Below are positions 26,990-34,466 of a stretch of 64,000 bases of DNA, in pieces. The notes below the pieces were generated by a model. It searched no databases, had not been told where the DNA came from, and worked only from the letters and a program-made list of their open reading frames with translations. The DNA comes from Patescibacteria group bacterium (GTDB taxonomy: Bacteria > Patescibacteriota > Patescibacteriia > Patescibacteriales > UBA12075), in contig JAHILH010000001.1 in assembly GCA_018897195.1 (NCBI GenBank), positions 92,565 through 156,564 on the forward strand, in the 5' to 3' direction. The first letter of the stretch is position 1. Every line of letters begins with the position of its first letter. Both the position numbers and the translations under genes were made by a program.

Positions 26990-28408
26990 ATGAAAAATAA
27001 ATTTTATATTACAACCCCGATATATTACGTGAATGCCCAGCCACATATTGGACATACCTATACGACTGTGGCCGCAGACGTTTTAGCGCGTCATCATCGC
27101 TTAATTGGTGATGAGGTTTTCTTTTTGACTGGAACGGATGAACATGGAGCCAAGATTCAACAGAAGGCGGATGTCGCTGGTAAGGATCCTAAGTTTTTTG
27201 TCGATGAGATTGTGGCGTCTTACCACAAGGCCTGGAAAGAATTAAGTATTTCCAATGATAAGTTTATTCGCACTACTGATGAGAATCATAAATTAGCCGT
27301 ACAAAATGCTTTGCAAAAAATGTATGACAAGGGTGATATTTATTTGGATAAATATGAAGGCTTGTATTGTACTGGTTGTGAACAATTTAAGAATGAAAAA
27401 GATTTAGTAGGAGGACTTTGTCCGGATCATAATACTGAACCGGAAAAAATGTGTGAAGATACTTATGTTTTTAAAATGAGCAAGTATTCGGATAGGTTGT
27501 TGCAAAAAATAAAAAGCGATGAATATAAAATAATTCCAGTTGAGCGTAAGCATGAAATTGTAAATTTTTATGAAAAAGAGGGTCTTAATGACATTTCTTT
27601 TTCACGAAAAAATGTAAAATGGGGCATTCCCTTGCCCTGGGATACATCTCATACAGCTTACGTTTGGTCTGATGCTTTTTTGAATTATTTAACCGGATTG
27701 GGTTGGGATGGTGTCGACGGAGCCCCGGATATGTTCCCACCAGAAGTACAATTAATGAGTAAAGATATTTTACGCGTGCATACAACGATTTGGCCAGCAA
27801 TGCTTCTGTCGCTTGACATGCCTTTGCCAAAACAGCTTTTTGTACACGGCTTTTTCTTGGTAGATGGGCAAAAAATGAGTAAATCAATTGGGAATGTAAT
27901 TGGGCCATCTGAACTGATAGCAAAATATGGAGTTGATGCGTCACGATATTTGATAATGAGCTCAATAGCAATGGGGCGAGATGGTGATATTGGTTGGGAA
28001 AAATTTGATGATAAGTTTAATGCTGATTTAGCGAACGGTCTTGGCAATCTCGTGGCGCGGGTATCAAACATGTTGGAGAAGGGCGAGGTGGAAGTGGCGA
28101 TAGTGGCGAATTCTGATCAAGAACTAATTGATAAATTCAATGTTAATATTGATAATTTCTTGTTCAATGAAACTTTGTTACTCTTGTGGGATAAGGTGAG
28201 AGAGAGTGATGAATATATTAGCAAGACAACGCCGTGGAAGATAAAAGAAAAGGATGAGCTAAAGAAGGTTTTGGAACCTGTGGCGCAAAATATTTTGAAT
28301 ATTGCGGAATTATTACAGCCTTTTATGCCCGAGACGGCGAGTAAGATAATTGCTCAATTTAGCGAGAAGCAAATTAAGAAGGGTGAGGCATTATTTCCGC
28401 GACTTTAA
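26990..28408 (+). CDS. metG: methionyl-tRNA synthetase (short form)
   Basis: HIGH (PHIGHTYT), KMSKS (QKMSKSIGN), Zn knuckle CTGCEQF...CPDH. Confidence 0.92.
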   Translation: MKNKFYITTPIYYVNAQPHIGHTYTTVAADVLARHHRLIGDEVFFLTGTDEHGAKIQQKADVAGKDPKFFVDEIVASYHKAWKELSISNDKFIRTTDENHKLAVQNALQKMYDKGDIYLDKYEGLYCTGCEQFKNEKDLVGGLCPDHNTEPEKMCEDTYVFKMSKYSDRLLQKIKSDEYKIIPVERKHEIVNFYEKEGLNDISFSRKNVKWGIPLPWDTSHTAYVWSDAFLNYLTGLGWDGVDGAPDMFPPEVQLMSKDILRVHTTIWPAMLLSLDMPLPKQLFVHGFFLVDGQKMSKSIGNVIGPSELIAKYGVDASRYLIMSSIAMGRDGDIGWEKFDDKFNADLANGLGNLVARVSNMLEKGEVEVAIVANSDQELIDKFNVNIDNFLFNETLLLLWDKVRESDEYISKTTPWKIKEKDELKKVLEPVAQNILNIAELLQPFMPETASKIIAQFSEKQIKKGEALFPRL

Positions 28409-28426
28409 ATGTAAAATTTATCTTAA

Positions 28427-28452
28427 AAAGACAAGATTTTCTTGTCTTTTTT
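28427..28452 (+). terminator. intrinsic terminator after metG
   Basis: AAAGACAAG-atttt-CTTGTCTTT followed by a T-run. Confidence 0.8.
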
Positions 28453-28479
28453 GTTTTTTAGGATGTAATCTTAGCAAAG

Positions 28480-28508
28480 TTGACATATGACCGTAAATAT
28501 GCTAATAT
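28480..28508 (+). promoter_or_regulatory. promoter for ORF 28642
   Basis: TTGACA (28480-85), 17-nt spacer, extended -10 TGcTAATAT (28500-08). Confidence 0.55.
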
Positions 28509-28641
28509 TGGCTGTATTGTTGTATTGGATTTTTGTATTGTTAAATATATTTAAGTTTGAATCTGTTAGTTCTTTTTATTATTTTAGTGATATGGTGTCA
28601 TTAAAATTTATGTAGGTGTAAAACATTTTGGAGGGTTCAAT

Positions 28642-29307
28642 ATGGTGACGTGTGAAGGTGATATGGTCGCAGTTTCTCGCGAGATCTTTGCTGAGGCGGT
28701 TCAACTTGCCACTAATTTATTGTGTAATTACTGGAAGAGCAAAAAACGATTTGCCGAGGTTGTTATTCAAGTTCAGAATGAGATTGGTGATAAGTATGAA
28801 GACGTTCTGACAGTTGGGCAGATAGAAAATTTGGAAGAGGCGGTTATTTTCGCCAGACAAACGCATTGTGATTTTATCGCTGATCAAGTGAAAAAGTTGA
28901 AGTATGTCAAAAATGAAATCAGGCGCCTAACTCCCGGTTTGAAACTTCCTAGTTCAAAGGTTTTTTTGCCAGGATCAATCCATTTTGAAGATGGAGAAGT
29001 GGTCAACGAACAATTGTTGAGGCGAGCTCTGAAAGAAGTTTTGGAAGAGCGCGTTGAAATTTTTAATGATTTTCTGAACGACAAGAAAAGGTTTGAAAAT
29101 TTTGTCAGAAAAGAGGTCAGGATTGATTATCCTGGGGATACATTTCTTGATCCAAATTTCTCGAAAAAACAGCTCGTCTATCAAGGTAGGTGTGTGCCAA
29201 AGGGTCGCGTGACCTACATTGTTCAAAAGCTTATAAATGAACGGAAAAGGATGCGTAAGGGCAAGGAATTACTTTGTAGCGAGCGCGTTTTTGATCTTGC
29301 GTCATAA
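28642..29307 (+). CDS. hypothetical protein (221 aa)
   Basis: Strong SD GGAGGG 7 nt upstream of the ATG; own promoter and terminator; no family recognised. Confidence 0.55.
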   Translation: MVTCEGDMVAVSREIFAEAVQLATNLLCNYWKSKKRFAEVVIQVQNEIGDKYEDVLTVGQIENLEEAVIFARQTHCDFIADQVKKLKYVKNEIRRLTPGLKLPSSKVFLPGSIHFEDGEVVNEQLLRRALKEVLEERVEIFNDFLNDKKRFENFVRKEVRIDYPGDTFLDPNFSKKQLVYQGRCVPKGRVTYIVQKLINERKRMRKGKELLCSERVFDLAS

Positions 29308-29348
29308 GCCTTGATCGTTTATGAAAAACATCTGATAGTGTTATTGCC

Positions 29349-29386
29349 AATGGCGTTGTTCAAAATAGAACAGCGCCATTTTTTTG
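29349..29386 (+). terminator. intrinsic terminator after ORF 28642
   Basis: 13-bp stem AATGGCGTTGTTC / GAACAGCGCCATT followed by T7. Confidence 0.85.
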
Positions 29387-29392
29387 GTATAA

Positions 29393-29424
29393 TAAAAAAA
29401 ATAACGCTAAAATTAGCGTTATTT
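29393..29424 (-). terminator. intrinsic terminator downstream of tRNA-Gln
   Basis: ATAACGCT-aaaatt-AGCGTTAT, followed on the minus strand by T8. Confidence 0.7.
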
Positions 29425-29430
29425 TAATTG

Positions 29431-29501
29431 CTCGGGAATAGGGATTCGAACCCCAATTGACTGGACCAAAACCAGCTGTCTTGCCTTTGGACGATTCCCG
29501 A
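29431..29501 (-). tRNA. tRNA-Gln (anticodon UUG)
   Basis: Reverse complement folds as a cloverleaf. Acceptor TCGGGAA/TTCCCGA with the U1-A72 pair typical of bacterial tRNA-Gln; anticodon loop TTTTGGT (TTG); T-arm GGGGTTCGAATCCCT; no encoded CCA. Confidence 0.85.
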
Positions 29502-29634
29502 ATATTCGCTTGAAACAAACGAAAAATCACCACCTTGGTGATTACTTTATTATATTAATATAAAAGTAAAAAAAAGTAAAGAGTGTGTGCTGGGGCAATA
29601 TTTTGTAGCTTTGATTGTAAAATTGCCAGAATAA

Positions 29635-29701
29635 TTGACAATTGTTACTTAAATTACTAATGTTGCGATAATCCCTCCTGATATAAGGAGGGTTGTTTTT
29701 T
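29635..29701 (+). promoter_or_regulatory. promoter followed directly by an intrinsic-terminator-like hairpin (lysA leader)
   Basis: TTGACA (29635-40), 17 nt, TAATGT (29658-63). Then CCCTCCT-gatata-AGGAGGG (29673-92) plus TTGTTTTTT. A second extended -10, TGtTATAAT, lies at 29736-44. Confidence 0.45.
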
Positions 29702-29768
29702 GATAATTAAATAAGAAAAACATACTTGTTTTCAGTGTTATAATCTTAAACACCCAAGGAGGTGCATT

Positions 29769-31097
29769 ATGGTGATGTCGCAGATATTTAAAGATCGTTT
29801 GTTTCCGCTGATTCCTAAGATTGCGTATGATTTTCGTCCAATTATGGCTGGTAATAAAAATTATCCAGTTCCGTCATGGGCGCTTAGTCCTGGATTTCAC
29901 GTTTACGATGAGCAGGGTATTCGTGACACGATTACCTTGATGCAAAAGCTGTTTTTTACCGCTCATCTGGGAACCAATTTCTTTGCCGTCAAAGCTTGTC
30001 CCAATGTTCAGATTTTGAAGATTATGTTGGACGCTGGCTTTGGTCTGGATTGTGCCTCACCAACAGAGCTTTATCGAGCGCAGTTGGCTGGTGCCTTGCC
30101 GCATCAGGTGATGTATACCTCCAACAACACGCATCCCTCTCATTATGAGTACGCGATGAGTGTGGCCGGCATTCTTAATCTTGATGATATTTCTTTCATC
30201 GATAAGTTGCCGCGCGTGCCGGAGCGAATTTGTTTTCGCTATAACCCGGGCGAACGTCGAACCGAAGGTAGTAATTCGATTATTGGTAATCCTGTCAACC
30301 AGAAATATGGTTTGCAGTATGATCAAATTATTGATGCCTATAAAAAGGTGCAAGACAAAGGAGCGACTATTTTTGGAATCCATACGATGTATGCGTCCAA
30401 TTGTCGTGATGCCAAAATCTTGGCTGGTAATGCCAAGATGCAACTTGAGATGGCGGAACGAATACAAGACATGCTTGGGATTCAACTTGAATTCATTAAT
30501 ATTGGCGGGGGCCTGGGTGTTAATTATAACCCAGAAGATCAACCGCTTGATATTGTGGAAATGTCTGAATTGATCAATCATTATTTGGATGATTTCAAGA
30601 CTCGTCGTGGCTATTTGCCAGAGTTGTATATGGAATCAGGGCGTTTTGTCACCGGTCCGAATGGTGTGTTGGTGTCGCAGGTAATCAATAAGATGGATAA
30701 GTATAAACAATTCATCGGTGTTGATATTTGCGATGCCGCCGATATTTTGCGAGCGGGAATTTATCCTTCGCCTCACGAAGTTAGTATCTTGTGTTCGGAT
30801 GGAGAAGAGAAAATACTTGGTCCGAAAAGAACAGTTTCAATTGTTGGTCCGCTGTGTGAAAACATTCACATGATTTCTGATCGAAATTTGCCAATTATAT
30901 GTGAAGATGATTTTGTCGTCGTTCATGATACTGGCGCTCATGGTATTGCCATGGCGATGCGTTATAATGGATGGGGTGAATCGCAACAATTGTTGTTGCG
31001 ACCAGATAATTCAGTAGTGAGAATCAGTAATGCAGCTACCATTGCCGGTTTATTGGCGACGGAAACTTTGCTCAATGAAAAAACTGTGCAGTATTAA
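29769..31097 (+). CDS. lysA: fold-III PLP decarboxylase, diaminopimelate decarboxylase-like
   Basis: FAVKACPN (PLP Lys), GGGLGV, ESGR, GPLCEN motifs; SD AAGGAGG 6 nt upstream. Substrate assignment rests on the dapL/dapB neighbours. Confidence 0.7.
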   Translation: MVMSQIFKDRLFPLIPKIAYDFRPIMAGNKNYPVPSWALSPGFHVYDEQGIRDTITLMQKLFFTAHLGTNFFAVKACPNVQILKIMLDAGFGLDCASPTELYRAQLAGALPHQVMYTSNNTHPSHYEYAMSVAGILNLDDISFIDKLPRVPERICFRYNPGERRTEGSNSIIGNPVNQKYGLQYDQIIDAYKKVQDKGATIFGIHTMYASNCRDAKILAGNAKMQLEMAERIQDMLGIQLEFINIGGGLGVNYNPEDQPLDIVEMSELINHYLDDFKTRRGYLPELYMESGRFVTGPNGVLVSQVINKMDKYKQFIGVDICDAADILRAGIYPSPHEVSILCSDGEEKILGPKRTVSIVGPLCENIHMISDRNLPIICEDDFVVVHDTGAHGIAMAMRYNGWGESQQLLLRPDNSVVRISNAATIAGLLATETLLNEKTVQY

Positions 31098-31126
31098 TCC
31101 ATCAACCTATGATGAGGAGAATGAAC

Positions 31127-32329
31127 ATGCAAGAAAGCAAATTACCACCAGGTGGACAGAATTTGTTTCAAGAGATTAAGAAACGAGTGACAGCGGCTGA
31201 GGCGGCTGGTCAAAAGATTTGGCGATTGGGGATTGGACAACCAAGCGGGCCGGCACTCATTTCAGCAAGAATCGCCGCGTGCCAGGCTGTTATGAAAGAT
31301 GATGAGTCAATGCATGAATATCAAGATAACGGTTCGCCGGGTGTACCGGGATTTGCTCAAAAGTTTGTCAACCTTCATCAAGTAAGACTTTTGGATGAGG
31401 GGTTGGCTTATTTACCGATTCCGGGTATCAAACCGATGTTGGGGTTGATACCGATGGCGTGTGGCCATGTTGGTTTTAACGACAGGGGTCTTACGTATAA
31501 GGAGGTTAAAGTGGCGACTATGACCAGTCCTGGTTATCCAACGCCGGCCGTACAGTGTCAATACCAATGCGTTGAAAATTATGCGCTAAGAACAAATACA
31601 GATAACAATTTTTTGTTTTCTCCTAGGGATATTACGAAAGGGACAACATTGCTGATGCTGAATTATCCGCATAACCCCAGTGGCCAGGTGGCTACTGCTG
31701 ATTATTGGGAGGATATATGCGATTATTGTGATCAGAAAAACATCAGAATTTTCAATGACGCTGCCTATGCCATGTTGACCTACAACAAAGACGCGGCGAC
31801 CTTGGCCAGTGTTGCCCAGCATTTTCCAAATCTGTCCTGGTGCGAGGCGTATTCAGCCTCTAAGGTAATTGCGAATGGCACAGGTTGGCGTATTGGTGCC
31901 ATGGTCGGCTCGTCCGATTTTATTGGCGACATCGCAACGATTAAGGGTAATACCGACAGTGGTTTCTTTGCACCGGCGGCCTACGGCGTACTCAAGTGTA
32001 TGCAGGATGACATGGAGAGTGTTTTGAAAAATCGCGATATGTATCGCGATAGAAACTTTCTCTTGCATGATCTTCTTGAATTCAGAGGTATGAAGCTGAC
32101 AGTTGTTCCAGGTGCAGGTTTTTTCTCTCTGTGGCTTGCACCCAGTGAGGCCTTTGGTCAAAAAATCCAGAATGCTGAGCAGTTTAATTATTTGATGATT
32201 GAAAAAACCGGTGTGGTCGGCGTGCATTTCGGTCCGTATATCCGCTATTCGGTCACGTCGCCAATCGAACAACCAGAATGGCAAGAAGCCATCGCAAACG
32301 CCTTTGAGCAGGCGAATGTAAAGTATTAA
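31127..32329 (+). CDS. dapL: class I PLP aminotransferase, LL-diaminopimelate aminotransferase (DapL)-like by context
   Basis: Start moved to ATG 31127 (SD GAGGAG 7 nt upstream). NYPHNPSG and YSASKVIANGTGWRIG motifs. Aminotransferase fold is confident; the DapL assignment is contextual. Confidence 0.6.
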   Translation: MQESKLPPGGQNLFQEIKKRVTAAEAAGQKIWRLGIGQPSGPALISARIAACQAVMKDDESMHEYQDNGSPGVPGFAQKFVNLHQVRLLDEGLAYLPIPGIKPMLGLIPMACGHVGFNDRGLTYKEVKVATMTSPGYPTPAVQCQYQCVENYALRTNTDNNFLFSPRDITKGTTLLMLNYPHNPSGQVATADYWEDICDYCDQKNIRIFNDAAYAMLTYNKDAATLASVAQHFPNLSWCEAYSASKVIANGTGWRIGAMVGSSDFIGDIATIKGNTDSGFFAPAAYGVLKCMQDDMESVLKNRDMYRDRNFLLHDLLEFRGMKLTVVPGAGFFSLWLAPSEAFGQKIQNAEQFNYLMIEKTGVVGVHFGPYIRYSVTSPIEQPEWQEAIANAFEQANVKY

Positions 32330-32355
32330 CGTTCTTTCTTAAGTAGTTTTATTAC

Positions 32356-32391
32356 ACCCCCGCATTTTTATAATGTGGGGGTATTTTTTTT
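32356..32391 (+). terminator. intrinsic terminator after the aminotransferase gene
   Basis: ACCCCCGCAT / ATGTGGGGGT stem followed by T8. Confidence 0.8.
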
Positions 32392-32404
32392 ATATTTTAA
32401 TGAC

Positions 32405-32442
32405 AAGAAAAAAGGAGAACAATCGTTAGAAAGTTCTCCTTT
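32405..32442 (-). terminator. intrinsic terminator after dapB (minus strand)
   Basis: AAGGAGAAC / GTTCTCCTT 9-bp stem, followed on the minus strand by T6. Confidence 0.75.
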
Positions 32443-32463
32443 GTGTAGACGTGAGAGCGCAGG

Positions 32464-33303
32464 TTATCCGCGCATTACGTCTATCATGCTGAAACATTTG
32501 CCATTAACTCCTTTGGCAATTTTTTTTGCCAGGAAGTCTACGGCTTTGAGTGTGCCGTCGACATAGGTTTCGCGGCCACAGACATTGTGCTCGAAGCCGA
32601 GGCTGACATTGCCGTCTGGGGAGCCAAGATGATATCGATGAAAACCGTGTCCGGCGAATGCCGTTGGGGGAACGCCCATTAGCCCTTGTTCGAATGGGTC
32701 GCGTATGGCCCTGATATTGTCTTCGGTGAAATTGACGCCAAGTTTACAGAGCAGTTTGCCGATGGCAATAGCCGTACCGCTTTTGTCTTTTTTTGCGGCC
32801 TGATGACTTTCGATAACGAGGGCTTGCCAGTCGGATAATGCATTGGGATAGTTCTTGGCAGCGTATTCGATCATGTCCATCATCATTACGACGGGTATGG
32901 ACATGTTCGGCGCAATGACGGCGACGGTGAGAGACCGTTTCACGGTTGCGGCAAGTAAGGCACGATCTCCGCCGGTTGTGCCCATGACAAAGGGCAGTTT
33001 GTTTAAGCTGTAAAATTCACAATTATCATTTGCAGCATTTGGTTGAGTAAAATCAACTACAATACAATCCGGATATGCTGAAATAATCGTATCCAGGGCT
33101 TGTTGACGCTGAGATGGCTCAAGAAGAGTCATCTTGCTGGTATGACGTAGATCGAAATCAAGAAAATAATCTTCACGACCAAGCCCCGGTCCCGTAAATG
33201 CATATGGAACCAACATATATCGCTCATTTCTTGTAATGCGTTCTGCCAGCATGAGTGCCATATTCCCCGGTAATCCTGCCAATAAAACTGGAATTTTTTT
33301 CAT
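32464..33303 (-). CDS. dapB: 4-hydroxy-tetrahydrodipicolinate reductase, plant/chlamydial-type DapB
   Basis: FVMGTTGGDR, ESHQAAKKDKSGTA, GHGFHRYHL, HNVCGRETYVDGTLKAVDFLAKKI closely resemble my recollection of the plant-type DHDPR sequence. SD AGGGAG upstream. Confidence 0.75.
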   Translation of the reverse strand: MKKIPVLLAGLPGNMALMLAERITRNERYMLVPYAFTGPGLGREDYFLDFDLRHTSKMTLLEPSQRQQALDTIISAYPDCIVVDFTQPNAANDNCEFYSLNKLPFVMGTTGGDRALLAATVKRSLTVAVIAPNMSIPVVMMMDMIEYAAKNYPNALSDWQALVIESHQAAKKDKSGTAIAIGKLLCKLGVNFTEDNIRAIRDPFEQGLMGVPPTAFAGHGFHRYHLGSPDGNVSLGFEHNVCGRETYVDGTLKAVDFLAKKIAKGVNGKCFSMIDVMRG

Positions 33304-33540
33304 CGTTCATCTCCCTTGATTGTGGTTATAAAGTGCGTTAATTATTTCTTTGTGCATAATTACTGTCGTGATCTTAGCAGAAATATTGTGGTTTGTCAAC
33401 CAGTGACAATCTTAATTTTATCAGTATTCTTGACTTATTTATCAATTTATGCTAGTATAAGCCGATAAGTCAAAATGATTTATATAATTTGTTCGTTAAT
33501 GTGATTATAAAAAAATAATTATTCAAAGATGGAGGAAAGG

Positions 33541-33792
33541 ATGTTCAAAGGTAATAATGCAATGAACAATGAAGGTTCTGAAAAAAAGCCCAGACGAGTG
33601 CATGAGATATTTGCACCATTTCCAGCCCAGCTCGCCAAAGTACAAGATGAACTTCGGCTTGCAAGGCAGGCACTTGATTGTGTTAATTATACAACTGGCA
33701 AGGAGTGTCCGGAGCATAGGGCGACGATTACAGAATTGGAACTTCGCCTTCAGCCCTTGTATAAGGATATGGCGAACAATCTCAGTCAATGA
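33541..33792 (+). CDS. small hypothetical protein (83 aa)
   Basis: SD GGAGGA just upstream of ATG 33541; promoter TTGACT-17-TGcTAGTAT at 33430-58; terminator at 33821-57. Confidence 0.45.
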   Translation: MFKGNNAMNNEGSEKKPRRVHEIFAPFPAQLAKVQDELRLARQALDCVNYTTGKECPEHRATITELELRLQPLYKDMANNLSQ

Positions 33793-33820
33793 GGCTGTTT
33801 GTTAACATTAAACAACTACA

Positions 33821-33857
33821 AAGCGGTATCATTAATTTGAAACCGCTTCTTTTTTTG
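33821..33857 (+). terminator. intrinsic terminator after small ORF
   Basis: AAGCGGT ... ACCGCTT stem followed by CTTTTTTT. Confidence 0.7.
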
Positions 33858-33863
33858 CCAAAT

Positions 33864-33898
33864 AAAAAACTCCTCGGGTTTAATCGAGGAGTTTTTTT
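33864..33898. terminator. bidirectional terminator (serves csp on the minus strand)
   Basis: AACTCCTCG-ggtttaat-CGAGGAGTT flanked by A6 and T7. Confidence 0.8.
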
Positions 33899-33910
33899 AT
33901 ACGAGAAGTA

Positions 33911-34108
33911 TTAAGCAAGCTTAACATTTACTGCGTTCAAACCTTTTGGAGATTCTTCTGTTTCGAATGTCACGTTGTCGCCTTCTTGGATTTCGTTAAA
34001 AGTAACGCCAACCAATGAATTGCTGTGAAAGAATAAATCTTTGTCCAAACTTGAAGATGTGATGAAGCCGAAGCCTTTGTCCATCTTCTTTTTTACTGAT
34101 CCGTTCAT
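33911..34108 (-). CDS. cold-shock domain protein
   Basis: 65 aa; KGFGFI (RNP1-like) and FFHSNS (RNP2-like) motifs; no SD and AT-rich, unlike its neighbours. Confidence 0.85.
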   Translation of the reverse strand: MNGSVKKKMDKGFGFITSSSLDKDLFFHSNSLVGVTFNEIQEGDNVTFETEESPKGLNAVNVKLA

Positions 34109-34466
34109 AGTTTTGTGATAGATAGTTTATAAAATTTGCAAATTTTTTAAATATTTTTGTGAAAGTCGACTACTTTTCTAAAATAATTTTTTACTTCATA
34201 ATCTTAGCATATTGCCAGGAATTAGTCAAGCGATTTGTGGTTATTCGGAATAATATATTTCTTGGGTCTTGATTCTGGTAAAAATTGTTACAATTTTAGC
34301 CAATTTTATGAACTTTCCGACCGTGGCATGACTTGCATATAAACATTGACTTTTTTCATTTTTTCTGTAGTATAAAAATATATTTACCCTAATTTTGGGG
34401 TATTTTATTTTGTTCATTGATAACTGAATAATAGTTATTTACTAATCTAAAAGGGAGGAGGGGAGA

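Noticed and set aside
28503-28519. Possible att-like direct repeat flanking the 11-kb block: AATATTGGCTGTATT (28503-19) versus AAAATTGGCTATATT (39813-28)
   Set aside because: Only about 13 of 15 nt match in AT-rich spacers. A rough estimate says a match of this quality between two 200-bp AT-rich regions is expected by chance. No integrase is present.
33523-33789. 88-aa minus-strand ORF mirroring ORF 33541-33792, and + strand ORF 32375-32566
   Set aside because: The + strand frame at 33541 has the SD, promoter and terminator; the minus frame has none. ORF 32375-32566 spans two terminator hairpins and the 3' end of dapB.
34109-34466. Purine, ZTP or lysine riboswitches upstream of purL and lysA
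   Set aside because: No conserved cores are present (purine three-way junction, pfl/ZTP GGGUCGUG...CCGCCUGGGCA, or L-box). There are only short hairpins (for example TACCC-N7-GGGTA plus a U-run at about 34391-34420), which are weak and non-specific.
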